Positions 18,384-27,294 of a DNA stretch of 64,000 nt are shown in pieces (the first letter of the stretch is position 1; each line of letters starts with the position of its first letter). The stretch comes from Candidatus Saccharimonadales bacterium (GTDB lineage: Bacteria; Patescibacteriota; Saccharimonadia; Saccharimonadales; UBA10212). The notes beneath the pieces were generated by a model. That model was not told the origin of the DNA, did no database searches, and saw only the letters and a list, made by a program, of their open reading frames with translations. The stretch lies in the NCBI GenBank assembly GCA_035758565.1, contig DASTXL010000001.1, forward strand, positions 75,242 to 139,241, read 5' to 3'. The position numbers were made by a program, and so were the translations under genes.

Positions 18384-19190
18384 ATGTCAGAATCAATCAT
18401 AAAAGCCACTAAAGTGGTCAAGACTTTCGGTGACGTAAAAGCCGTGCGCGGCATTAGCTTTGATGTGCCGGCCGGCGAGATTTTTGCTTTTTTGGGTCCG
18501 AATGGCGCCGGCAAATCAACGACCATTAGCATGCTGACAACTATGCTCAGGCCGACTAGCGGCGAGCTTTTTTTGAACGGCCACAACGTAGAGACCGACC
18601 AAGACGCTGCCCGCCAAAGCTTCGGCATTGTTTTCCAAGACCCGGCCCTTGAAGAAGAATTAACGGCCTACGAAAACATGCAGATCCACGCTGTTTTATA
18701 CGGCATTCCAAAAGCCGAGCAAAAACCGCGCATCGAAGAGCTAATGAGATTAGTTGATCTATGGGAGCGCAAAGACAGCTTTGTCAAAACTTATTCCGGT
18801 GGTATGCGCCGCCGCTTAGAGATTGCCCGGGGCCTGCTTCATCATCCCAAAATTTTATTCTTAGACGAACCAACACTTGGACTCGATACTCAAACCCGCA
18901 ATTTGCTCTGGGATTATGTCAAAAAATTATCCGACACCGAAGGCATGACTATTTTCTTTACCACTCACTATTTAGATGAAGCCGAGGCGGTGGCCGACCG
19001 GATCGCCATAATTGACCACGGCCAAATTATCGCTGAAGGCACAGCTAAACAACTGGCTCAAAAAACCAAGACCAAAAGCTTGGAACAAGCCTATTTGCAG
19101 TTGACCGGCAAAGAAGTCCGCGACGAAACGAGCTTGTCTAATAACGGTCTAAACGTTCGTACGGCTCAACGCAATAGGAGACTGCGCTAG
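18384..19190 (+). CDS. ABC transporter ATP-binding protein (DrrA/ABC-2 type)
   Basis: GPNGAGKST Walker A, YSGGMRRRLEIA signature, ILFLDEPT Walker B. Confidence 0.88.
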   Translation: MSESIIKATKVVKTFGDVKAVRGISFDVPAGEIFAFLGPNGAGKSTTISMLTTMLRPTSGELFLNGHNVETDQDAARQSFGIVFQDPALEEELTAYENMQIHAVLYGIPKAEQKPRIEELMRLVDLWERKDSFVKTYSGGMRRRLEIARGLLHHPKILFLDEPTLGLDTQTRNLLWDYVKKLSDTEGMTIFFTTHYLDEAEAVADRIAIIDHGQIIAEGTAKQLAQKTKTKSLEQAYLQLTGKEVRDETSLSNNGLNVRTAQRNRRLR

Positions 19191-19936
19191 TGGAAGTTGT
19201 ATATACGTTATGGCTCCGCCAAATGAAACGCTACGTGCGGACTCGCTCGCGCGTGGTTGGCGCTATCGGCCAGCCCATTTTATTCCTTTTGGCGCTCGGT
19301 TACGGCGTGGGTTCGGTTTACAAAAAAGCCGGCGAAGGCAACTACTTGGAATTTTTAGTACCCGGCATTATTATTCAGACTATTTTATTCAGCGGTGTTT
19401 TTTGGGGAATTCAAATTCTATTCGACAAGCGCTTTGGTTTTTTAAAAGAAATGTTAGTGGCGCCGGTTAGCCGGTTTCGCATTTTGCTTGGCAACGCCAG
19501 CGGCGGAGCGACTATTTCGCTAATCCAAGGTATTTTTGTGCTGATCATCTCCGTGGCTTTAGGTTTCCGACCGTATAACTGGGCTTATTTGCCGCTTAGC
19601 CTGTTGATCATGCTAGCGCTGTGCCTAATGTTGACCAGTTTTGGCGCAGGCCTGGCCAGTATAGTCGAGGATTTCCAGGGCTTTCAGGGAATCAACAACT
19701 TTTTGATTTTCCCGTTATTCTTCTTATCGAGTGCGCTTTATCCTCTAACCAATGTGCCAACCGCGCTAAGGATCATGTCTTACTGCAATCCTTTAAGTTA
19801 CTGCGTGGATGCTCTGCGGTTCAGTATGATTAATCAGCATCACTTTAATATCTTTCTCGATCTTGGCGTGATTGGCGTAACTTTAATTGTTTGTGTGATA
19901 TTTGCCGTTAATCGGTTTAACCGTTTGCAAGTTTAG
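19190..19936 (+). CDS. ABC-2 type transporter permease
   Basis: Six TM segments. Overlaps the stop of the ATPase gene by 1 nt. Confidence 0.75.
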   Translation: MEVVYTLWLRQMKRYVRTRSRVVGAIGQPILFLLALGYGVGSVYKKAGEGNYLEFLVPGIIIQTILFSGVFWGIQILFDKRFGFLKEMLVAPVSRFRILLGNASGGATISLIQGIFVLIISVALGFRPYNWAYLPLSLLIMLALCLMLTSFGAGLASIVEDFQGFQGINNFLIFPLFFLSSALYPLTNVPTALRIMSYCNPLSYCVDALRFSMINQHHFNIFLDLGVIGVTLIVCVIFAVNRFNRLQV

Positions 19937-20300
19937 TCAGACTTAGTCGAATAGTACCAGCCGGAGCTGCCGGATAGTAAGTTACGCCGGCTTTCAGATG
20001 GCCGCCTTGAGCCTGCAGGATGCGCTGGTATTGCTGGTCAATAAAAGAAGTCAGTTTTAGCTGGCCCGCGCTATTTGGGCGAGCGACTATCGGGGTGATA
20101 TTTTCGTCAGTATTGCCGGTAACCGACAAAATACGGTCTTGCTGGTCAACGTAAATAATTCTAGTCACAGGCATATATCCCCTCAAATGGACCTTTTGAG
20201 CGGTGCCCGAATCGTCGTAGCTGGCAAGCGCCAAAGCTTGGCTAGCACCAAGTAAATTTAAAGTTGCTAAAAAAAGCCCGCCTAATATAACTCGTCTCAC
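19917..20300 (-). CDS. Hypothetical small secreted protein
   Basis: GTG start preceded by GGGGAGG. Signal peptide MRRVILGGLFLATLNLLGASQALA. No family recognised. Confidence 0.45.
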   Translation of the reverse strand: MRRVILGGLFLATLNLLGASQALALASYDDSGTAQKVHLRGYMPVTRIIYVDQQDRILSVTGNTDENITPIVARPNSAGQLKLTSFIDQQYQRILQAQGGHLKAGVTYYPAAPAGTIRLSLTKLANG

Positions 20301-20446
20301 TTGGCTAACCTCCCCAGGTTGCTAATAATGACTAAACTAAATTATACGTTAGCGGTTTGAACTAGCGCTAGTGGATAAGCGTAGTATTTTTTGCTAAAAA
20401 ACGCTTGCTAACAAAACCTACAAATATTTATAAGCTTTGTTAGCGC

Positions 20447-20460
20447 GACAAGCAGACTTT
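20447..20460 (+). repeat. Left terminal inverted repeat of islet B
   Basis: GACAAGCAGACTTT. Confidence 0.7.
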
Positions 20461-20487
20461 AACTTGGCACGTTGCTGGAGCGACGAA

Positions 20488-20523
20488 GGCGGGGGAGGGG
20501 GCGTGTGATTCACCTCCCCCGCC
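20488..20523 (-). terminator. GC-rich 10-bp hairpin in the structured 3' region of the islet-B gene
   Basis: ggcgggggag-16 nt-ctcccccgcc. No U-tract. Confidence 0.4.
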
Positions 20524-20678
20524 ACGAGCGCCGCTCTCGGCTCCCTCGGAAATGAGACAAAACGAGGGGTGCCAAACTTGCAAATCAGGCAGCGAGAGGG
20601 GGAGCGCTTGATTGGCAGCGCCTCCCCTTTTCTCGCCGCTCGCCGATTCCCCGGGGAGAGGACAGGGAGTCGAGCCCT

Positions 20679-21158
20679 TCAGCTGGACGTCAGCGATTCG
20701 GCGTACCAGACGTTCTCGTTCGTGGCCGGGTCCTCGCTCAACGGTTCCGAGTTGAGGTAGAGGTCTTCTCCCTCCTCTTCGATGTCGATCGGCCCGGCGA
20801 GCATGGTCACGAGCTTCTCCTTGATCGCCTGCTCGAAGTAGTGCTCGAGCACGCTCTTCAGGAGGTGCTCGGCGACGTCGCGATTGATGGACAGCTGGAG
20901 GGTAACCCTGCCGACGCTCTCGAGATCATCGGAGATCTCGAACATGATCAGCATGGCGTTGGACTCCAGCTTCCGGCGGTCGTCGAACAGCTTCGTGAGG
21001 ACGCGACCCACCTGCTTCCAGGTGGTCTCGATCATCTCGATCAGTCCGTCGATTTCCGCTTCGAACTTCGGCGGAACATCACCTTCGCAGATGATGCGGT
21101 AGGTCAGGAAGGCCTGCGAGGCGCCGTTATGACGCATAGTCTTGCAGTCGTAGCACAT
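20679..21158 (-). CDS. Hypothetical acidic cytoplasmic protein (islet B)
   Basis: ATG at 21158 is preceded by GAGAGGGG. GC-rich codons. MCYDCKTMRHNG... with an acidic C-terminus and no TM. No family recognised. The track start at 21242 is an upstream extension. Confidence 0.55.
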   Translation of the reverse strand: MCYDCKTMRHNGASQAFLTYRIICEGDVPPKFEAEIDGLIEMIETTWKQVGRVLTKLFDDRRKLESNAMLIMFEISDDLESVGRVTLQLSINRDVAEHLLKSVLEHYFEQAIKEKLVTMLAGPIDIEEEGEDLYLNSEPLSEDPATNENVWYAESLTSS

Positions 21159-21221
21159 GACCCCTCTCGTGTGGTAGCAACACCTCGGCATTTGTTGCCT
21201 TAAGCGGCGCATTCGGCGCGC

Positions 21222-21272
21222 CACAAGGTGAGGGCCAAACACTTATTAAAAATGCTTGGTTCTCACCTTGTG
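21222..21272. promoter_or_regulatory. 11-bp inverted repeat in the 5' region of the islet-B gene (operator or 5'-UTR hairpin candidate)
   Basis: cacaaggtgag (21222-21232) and ctcaccttgtg (21262-21272), separated by 29 nt of AT-rich DNA. Confidence 0.4.
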
Positions 21273-21276
21273 ATGC

Positions 21277-21290
21277 AAAGTCTGCTTGTC
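21277..21290 (-). repeat. Right terminal inverted repeat of islet B
   Basis: AAAGTCTGCTTGTC is the reverse complement of 20447-20460. On the minus strand it contains TTGACA. Confidence 0.7.
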
Positions 21291-21374
21291 AATAAAAACA
21301 ACTTCGGAGTAATCTCAAACGAAGTTAAGCATATTATACTATAAAATTACGCTATTACAACACTAAGAAAAGAG

Positions 21375-22301
21375 ATGATATACTTAAGCGTAATGGATGC
21401 CGAAGCAACCGCTATTAAAATAAATAATTTATCAAAACGCTACGCCAGTTCTGAGCATTTGGCATTGAATAAACTGTCGCTTGCGGTTAAGCCCGGCGAA
21501 GTTTACGGATTCTTGGGCGCTAACGGCGCCGGTAAGTCCACCACTATCCGAACATTACTTAACTTTATTCAGCCCACTAGCGGCTCGGCTACCATTTGCG
21601 GACTGGATATAGTAAAAGATTCGGTGGCCGTTAAGAAGCACGTTGGTTATTTGGCGGGCGAGGTGGCGCTTTACCCAAAAATGACCGGCCGGCAATTCCT
21701 AAATTACATGAGCGATCTGCAGCCGGCCAGCAATGCCAACAATTTGAATAAGCTTGTCAAGCGACTAACTGCCAACCTTAGCCGGCCGATTCACGAACTC
21801 AGCAAGGGCAATCGTCAGAAACTTGGTCTCATTCAGGCCTTCATGCATCAGCCCGACGTACTTATTCTGGATGAACCGACCAGCGGCTTGGATCCACTAA
21901 TGCAGGAACAATTTTTTGAAATGGTTAATGAAGCGAAATCTCGTGGCGCGGCCATTTTTGTCAGCAGTCACAACTTCGCGGAGGTACAGAGAATGTGCGA
22001 CCGCGTGGGTTTTTTGCACGCTGGCGAGCTAGTGGTAGAAAAGACTCTAGAAGACCTGGCCACTAAGGCTGCTCATACTCTTAAGCTTACGTTTGCCGAT
22101 ACGGCACCAGTGGCTGAGCTCAAGCGTCTGCCTCGCGTCAAGGTAACCTCGCATGATGCGCATCACTTGAGCGTTTCGCTGGAGGGTGAACTTACACCTT
22201 TGTTCAAGGTTCTAGCCCGCCACCACGTCACCCGCTTAGAACAGCAAGAGGTCAACCTAGAGGAAGAATTCCTGCACCTCTATCAGAAAGGCGGACAATA
22301 A
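21375..22301 (+). CDS. ABC transporter ATP-binding protein
   Basis: GANGAGKST Walker A, LSKGNRQKLGLI signature, VLILDEPTSGLD Walker B. Start may be ATG 21405. Confidence 0.88.
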   Translation: MIYLSVMDAEATAIKINNLSKRYASSEHLALNKLSLAVKPGEVYGFLGANGAGKSTTIRTLLNFIQPTSGSATICGLDIVKDSVAVKKHVGYLAGEVALYPKMTGRQFLNYMSDLQPASNANNLNKLVKRLTANLSRPIHELSKGNRQKLGLIQAFMHQPDVLILDEPTSGLDPLMQEQFFEMVNEAKSRGAAIFVSSHNFAEVQRMCDRVGFLHAGELVVEKTLEDLATKAAHTLKLTFADTAPVAELKRLPRVKVTSHDAHHLSVSLEGELTPLFKVLARHHVTRLEQQEVNLEEEFLHLYQKGGQ

Positions 22302-23101
22302 TGGGTGTTGCCGTTACAGAGCTTCAAAGGCGTAAGTGGTCAACGGTTTGGTGGACGGTCGGTATCGGATTGTTTATCGCGATGATCTTCGCTATCTATC
22401 CGTCATTTCGCGGATCGGCGGGTCAGCTGGATAAATCACTTTCTAGCATTCCGGCCTCCGCCCGTGACCTATTCACCGATACGGGGGATTTTCTGTCGCC
22501 GGTCGGCTATCTTAGTTCGCAGTGTTATTTTTTGTTGGTTCCATTGCTTTTTTCTTTCTTATCCATAGCTCTAGGCAGCTCACTCTTAGCCCGTGAAGAA
22601 CAAAGCGGAACCCTAGAACTGCTCTTGGCCCGACCAATATCTAGGTCTCGCTTGCTTTTAGCTAAAGCCGCTGCGGGCACCGTTATTTTACTGGTGGTTG
22701 GCGTAGTTATAGCGATACTCGGCGCTATTTTGTGTGCCGCTATCGGCTTTCCGGGCGTCAAGTCGGTCGGTGTTTTCTTTACCACCATCATGTGCTTGGA
22801 TATCGCAATATTATTTGGGGCGCTGGCCTTTGGTACGACTGCCTTGGGTCGGATGGGCCGTGGCGCGGCGATTGGCGTCAGTGTTCTAGCGGCATTGGCC
22901 GGCTATCTTTTTAATTCGCTCGATAAGTCCGTTACTTGGCTGGTTTGGCCGGCTAGGCTGCTGCCGTTTCACTACTATCATCCGGCAGCTGTTCTGCAAA
23001 GCGGCGGTCTCCCGTACTGGGATGCGGCTGGTATGTTTATTGCCAGCTTGGTTTTGCTAGGTTTAGCACTACTAGCCTTTCGCCGCCGCGACATTGGCTA
23101 A
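22301..23101 (+). CDS. ABC-2 family permease
   Basis: Polytopic. ATGA-type overlap with the ATPase gene. Confidence 0.7.
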   Translation: MGVAVTELQRRKWSTVWWTVGIGLFIAMIFAIYPSFRGSAGQLDKSLSSIPASARDLFTDTGDFLSPVGYLSSQCYFLLVPLLFSFLSIALGSSLLAREEQSGTLELLLARPISRSRLLLAKAAAGTVILLVVGVVIAILGAILCAAIGFPGVKSVGVFFTTIMCLDIAILFGALAFGTTALGRMGRGAAIGVSVLAALAGYLFNSLDKSVTWLVWPARLLPFHYYHPAAVLQSGGLPYWDAAGMFIASLVLLGLALLAFRRRDIG

Positions 23102-23133
23102 ATGTTTTAAACGGTCAGCGGTATAATTAGGGT

Positions 23134-24324
23134 ATGGAGAGGCCTTTGGCGGAGCGCATGCGTCCGCAGAAACTATCTGACGTTGTCGGGCAGGAACAAA
23201 TCCTGGGCGAGGGCAAAATCCTAAGCCAGCTTGTTAAAGCTGGTAAGCCGTTTAGTTTAATTTTTTGGGGGCCGCCGGGCAGCGGCAAAACCACTTTGGC
23301 GCGGACTATCGCCAACGAGATGGAGGCGGACTTTATTGAAATCTCCGCCGTCACGGCCGGCAAGGCCGATGTTAATAAAGTTGTTGAGCGGGCAAGGGCG
23401 AACGAGCAGGGTAGTACAATTGAGCGGCCGCGCCATACAGTTTTATTCGTCGACGAGATACACCGTTTCAACAAGGCTCAGCAGGATGCTTTTTTGCCGC
23501 ATGTCGAATCGGGTTTGATTACTCTCATTGGCGCCACGACCGAAAACCCAAGTTTTGAGGTAATCACACCTCTTTTAAGTCGTAGTCGGGTAGTTGTGCT
23601 CGAGCCTCTAAGCAAAGAAGATATCATCGAGATTATCAAACGCGCGGCTAAGGCCGAGAAAATTACCAAAAAATTATCTAAGGAAAGCATAGATTTCCTG
23701 GCCGAAATTAGCGGCGGCGATGCCCGCGTGGCGCTTGGCAACTTAGAGCTATCCATGGAGCTGGCCGGCAGCAAAAATATAACCAAAGAGTTAATTCAGC
23801 AGGCCGCCCAAAAACGTATCCCGGGATACGACAAAGCTGGCGAGATGCACTACAATATCATCAGCGCCTTTATAAAATCCATGCGCGGCGGCGATACATC
23901 AGCCGCGCTTTACTGGATGGCCCGCATGCTGCAGGCCGGCGAAGATCCGAAGTTTATTGCCCGGCGCATGGTGGTTTTTGCCAGTGAAGATATAGGCCTG
24001 GCCGCCCCGGCCGCGCTAAACCTGGCCGTATCAACTTTCTTGGCCGTGGAACGGATTGGTTTGCCGGAATGTTCTTATAATCTTTACCACTGTGCCACGG
24101 TTATGGCCAAATCGCCAAAGAGCAGGGATGTTACCAATGCTATGGGTGCGGCGCAAAGAGCGGCGCGCGAACACCCCGATGCTTCTGTGCCTCTACATTT
24201 ACGCAATGCCCCGACCAAATTAATGAAAGATTTGGGCTACAACAAAGGCTACAAATGGGACGCCGGATTTAAAGACCAACGTGGCTTCTTGCCAGAGGAG
24301 CTCAACGATATAAACTTCTTCTAG
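23134..24324 (+). CDS. rarA: Replication-associated recombination protein A (MgsA/RarA AAA+ ATPase)
   Basis: [53 protein letters not shown], MgsA C-terminal domain ([19 protein letters not shown]). Confidence 0.93.
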   Translation: MERPLAERMRPQKLSDVVGQEQILGEGKILSQLVKAGKPFSLIFWGPPGSGKTTLARTIANEMEADFIEISAVTAGKADVNKVVERARANEQGSTIERPRHTVLFVDEIHRFNKAQQDAFLPHVESGLITLIGATTENPSFEVITPLLSRSRVVVLEPLSKEDIIEIIKRAAKAEKITKKLSKESIDFLAEISGGDARVALGNLELSMELAGSKNITKELIQQAAQKRIPGYDKAGEMHYNIISAFIKSMRGGDTSAALYWMARMLQAGEDPKFIARRMVVFASEDIGLAAPAALNLAVSTFLAVERIGLPECSYNLYHCATVMAKSPKSRDVTNAMGAAQRAAREHPDASVPLHLRNAPTKLMKDLGYNKGYKWDAGFKDQRGFLPEELNDINFF

Positions 24325-24346
24325 GAAATCTAGATATAATGTCTGT

Positions 24347-25018
24347 ATGGACGATATTGAAGCCTGGGCGCGCAAAAAGAAAAAAGCCATCGCGAAAGGA
24401 TTTATAAGAGAAACAGATTTTAAGCCAAGCGAAGAGCTTGCTGGCATTTTTACTGCAGGTCTTCCTGGGGCGGGTAAAACAGAATTTACAAAAGAGTTGA
24501 TAAAAGAAATTGTGAACCCGCCAGTCCGCATTGACATGGGTGAAATAGCCACACTAATGGAAGGATATAAGCCCAAACTTGCCAACAAGTTTCGAGCGGG
24601 CGCAACGATAATACTAGAGCGCATCTATGATGAGGTAGTCAAAAACAAATTAGATTTTGTATTTGACGGAACTTTCGCACACGCTAAAGCTATTCCAAAC
24701 CTACAAAGAGCCTTAGACCACGGCTATAAAGTAAAAATCTACTACATCCATCAAGATCCAGTAGTTGCCTGGAGATTTACTCAAGACAGAGAGCTGGTGG
24801 AGCATCGATCTATAGAGAGAACGGGGTTTATTGATAGCTATAAATCCCTGCAAGCAAACCTTCACAGCTTGTGCAATGACTACAAAAATGTTACAATAAG
24901 TCTAATTATTAAAGATGGTGATAATAAGATCGGCGACCGCAAAGAAGATGTCTCAGATCTTTTTAGTGAATTGCCGAAATTTCTTACCGACGAGGAGATA
25001 GCGACTGCTATACTATAA
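24347..25018 (+). CDS. Zeta-toxin-family P-loop kinase-like protein
   Basis: GLPGAGKTEF Walker A followed by ...FVFDGTFAH. Size and layout resemble zeta toxin / AAA_33 kinases. TATAAT lies 6 nt before the ATG. Confidence 0.65.
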   Translation: MDDIEAWARKKKKAIAKGFIRETDFKPSEELAGIFTAGLPGAGKTEFTKELIKEIVNPPVRIDMGEIATLMEGYKPKLANKFRAGATIILERIYDEVVKNKLDFVFDGTFAHAKAIPNLQRALDHGYKVKIYYIHQDPVVAWRFTQDRELVEHRSIERTGFIDSYKSLQANLHSLCNDYKNVTISLIIKDGDNKIGDRKEDVSDLFSELPKFLTDEEIATAIL

Positions 25019-25026
25019 ATAACGTT

Positions 25027-25221
25027 ATGACTCGACTCATATATAAGATTTTCAGACCCAAAGTAAAGCTAAGCGAAGTGGCAGAACCTAAGCCATCAAA
25101 GGCCGCCGCTCGCGTTCTTAATGATGCTTTAAAACGAGCGTATGTTGAACAAAAAAGCGTGAGTACTCACGCAGCCTCAATAAGGAGCTCCAGCTCTACC
25201 TCTAGCTTCACGCGCACCTAA
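25027..25221 (+). CDS. Hypothetical small basic/Ser-rich protein (possible partner of the zeta-like kinase)
   Basis: ATG 8 nt after the kinase stop. No SD. Its stop lies in the loop of the terminator hairpin. Weak coding evidence. Confidence 0.3.
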   Translation: MTRLIYKIFRPKVKLSEVAEPKPSKAAARVLNDALKRAYVEQKSVSTHAASIRSSSSTSSFTRT

Positions 25222-25231
25222 AGCGCGCGTG
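25209..25231. terminator. Hairpin between convergent genes
   Basis: cacgcgc-9 nt-gcgcgtg. Confidence 0.45.
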
Positions 25232-25248
25232 GGGTGGAGCGTATAAAA

Positions 25249-25578
25249 TTATTTCCAACTATGGCCTAATTCGCTAAGAATGAGCCAAACTTTAATATCG
25301 CTCTGAAGAGCATCTTTTAGAAACTCCTGAATTTTCAGACATATTTCATCTTGCTTTTTCACCCGTTCCTCAAAAGCGGCTGCGTTGATTTCAACCTCAA
25401 CGGGTGCAAGCATGCCGTCTCCTGCAGCTTTTAGCAGACGAACACTTACTTCATCTTCGGAAAGAACAATATCTTTGCCGGAAAGTTCTTTAGCAATCAG
25501 TCCTTTTACGCTTTTCGTCATAGTTGCTAGCTTGTATTCAAATTCGGAGTTCTTTTGATAAATATTAACTGTCGGCAT
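25249..25578 (-). CDS. Tautomerase/MIF-superfamily-like small protein (N-terminal Pro1)
   Basis: Begins MPTVNIY, so Pro follows the initiator Met. ~110 aa with a beta-alpha-beta-like pattern. TATAAT lies 7 nt before the ATG. The family call is tentative. Confidence 0.4.
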   Translation of the reverse strand: MPTVNIYQKNSEFEYKLATMTKSVKGLIAKELSGKDIVLSEDEVSVRLLKAAGDGMLAPVEVEINAAAFEERVKKQDEICLKIQEFLKDALQSDIKVWLILSELGHSWK

Positions 25579-25607
25579 AACTCAAATTATACGCTCAAAA
25601 TAGGTGG

Positions 25608-26432
25608 CTAGGCCTGCATGTCTTCTTGGGGAACATGGATTGCCCAGTCAAAATTACCAGAGCTAAATACGCGCTGCTCGCTTCCGCGGAAAGGCCGTAG
25701 ATCTACCATAAATTCCTCGTCAGATAGACCCGCGGTGCGTACGGCGTCGATAAAGAATGTTGGTGCATCACAAACTCCACCCACCACCCACAGGGGTGAA
25801 ATTTTATAACCATCTCGCGCTAATCTTTTAGATAACGCCGATACTCTTGCATGGTATTTATATCCCCATACACCGTTCATTAGCACTCCTCGGTTCCTTG
25901 CGGCGTGGTCGGCGCCCACTAAAGCCGCCACTACGGCCTTCTCGTCGGCTTCAAAAATGTCCCTCAAGCCCTGTGTCATATGAACTTCGCGCTCCTCTGC
26001 GCCATAGTGGGGGAGGGAATAGTCTACGTCGATCGGAACAACCTTTATACCTTGCCTGACCATGGCCTTAGCAACCTCTTGGTAACTTTCACGGCGCTCC
26101 TTTTTTAGAGGATCGGTATCGTATTTAAGCTCTACTCCTACCCGGGTGTCTCCAAGTTCGTAAGAAGGATCTTTATTAAGAAGGTCAATCCCAGGGCTGG
26201 GAGGGCTCTCTACGGCATAATGGGTCGTGCCACAGGCCTTGATTTCTGCCGCATGTGCCGCTAGATGTCTGCGAACCGGACTATTCCTGTGGTCTTCACC
26301 TATCAGTACCAGCTGGCTGTTGTCAAAGATGCTTGCATAATCGACCGGCTGGACAATATCGTCTAAATCGTTAGCAAGGTCGTCACTACTAGTCCATGTA
26401 TTATCAGATTCTAATAAGCGTTTGTGCGGCAT
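25608..26432 (-). CDS. ChaN/Tiki-superfamily (GxxH) protein
   Basis: LVLIGEDHRN (GExH motif) and LVGADHAARN (GxxH motif) at the spacing seen in ChaN/erythromycin-esterase/Tiki-like proteins. No signal peptide seen. Confidence 0.5.
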   Translation of the reverse strand: MPHKRLLESDNTWTSSDDLANDLDDIVQPVDYASIFDNSQLVLIGEDHRNSPVRRHLAAHAAEIKACGTTHYAVESPPSPGIDLLNKDPSYELGDTRVGVELKYDTDPLKKERRESYQEVAKAMVRQGIKVVPIDVDYSLPHYGAEEREVHMTQGLRDIFEADEKAVVAALVGADHAARNRGVLMNGVWGYKYHARVSALSKRLARDGYKISPLWVVGGVCDAPTFFIDAVRTAGLSDEEFMVDLRPFRGSEQRVFSSGNFDWAIHVPQEDMQA

Positions 26433-26514
26433 AGCGGTATCCTACTTCCTATGCGGTTCAAAGTGCAAGCATAAGCGGACTATAAAGGAACGCGCGCGGG
26501 GTGGAACAGATAAA

Positions 26515-27294
26515 TTAGTTCAAGCAATCCACCGCGCCGGTGCCAAACGGGTTCTCGGCGGCTGATAGTTTATAGCCCATGCAGGCAGGGATTGGTACGC
26601 CTTTGCTATTTGGTCCGTTGCCGTCGTAGCCAAAATCTCCCCAGTGATCGTGAAAGGCCTGCACGATATCCGGCGTGAATATGGCCGGCGCCATAAACTG
26701 GCCGTTATGGTGGATATCAAAGTGGATATGGCTGCCGTTAGATCCCGCTTGGGTCAAATACATGTAGCCGATGATTTGGCCCTTCTTAACCTTTTGACCG
26801 TTATGTACCAATACAAAGGGCTTGTAAAAGCCATTTGGCTTACTGACAAAAGGTTCAATGCTGTAGTCAAAGTTGTATCCCTGGGCGATCTCTATTGATA
26901 TGTCGTACTTGGTGTTATCGCCAACTTTAAAATTATAGTCAACACCGTTAACAACACCGTCAGCTACGGCGTAAATTGGCGGATAGTTACTGGGTGCCGT
27001 GCCGCCTTTGGGCCAGGTTTTATAACCATCACCAAATTGCGCGTGACCGCCAGTGTGCGGGGCAATGGAGCGTACGCCTTTATAAGGGTTGCCGCCCTGA
27101 ACAACGTCCATATCTACCAAAAACCGATCTGATTTATGAGTTTTGAGGTAACTGATATCCGGCAATGAACTATCGTGGGGCAGCGGCGGGCCGTTGCGGT
27201 GAATCCAGACTTCGTAGCCGGCTACGCCTACCGCTAAAACAATAATTAATCCAAATAACCATAAGTGGCCAAAGCCATTCTGCTTATGCTTCAT
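26515..27294 (-). CDS. Membrane-anchored M23 family metallopeptidase
   Basis: N-terminal TM. HTGGHAQFGD and GSNGSHIHFDIHHNG (HxH) are LytM/M23 motifs. TATAAT lies 7 nt before the ATG. Confidence 0.85.
   Translation of the reverse strand: MKHKQNGFGHLWLFGLIIVLAVGVAGYEVWIHRNGPPLPHDSSLPDISYLKTHKSDRFLVDMDVVQGGNPYKGVRSIAPHTGGHAQFGDGYKTWPKGGTAPSNYPPIYAVADGVVNGVDYNFKVGDNTKYDISIEIAQGYNFDYSIEPFVSKPNGFYKPFVLVHNGQKVKKGQIIGYMYLTQAGSNGSHIHFDIHHNGQFMAPAIFTPDIVQAFHDHWGDFGYDGNGPNSKGVPIPACMGYKLSAAENPFGTGAVDCLN

Larger units (their letters stand above)
20447..21290. mobile_element. High-G+C islet B: ~0.84-kb cassette bounded by perfect 14-bp terminal inverted repeats (no transposase)
   Basis: GACAAGCAGACTTT at 20447-20460 and its exact reverse complement at 21277-21290 coincide with both edges of the composition shift. 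One ORF and GC-rich hairpins lie inside. Confidence 0.4.

Noticed and set aside
18122-18628. 168-aa minus-strand ORF spanning the zwf/ABC junction
   Set aside because: It lies antisense to two well-supported genes, with a Pro/Arg/Ser-rich translation.
20569-21203. Plus-strand ORFs 20569-20760, 20841-21203 and 20884-21102 in islet B
   Set aside because: GC-driven open frames antisense to, or overlapping, the SD-supported minus-strand gene and its hairpin-rich 3' region.
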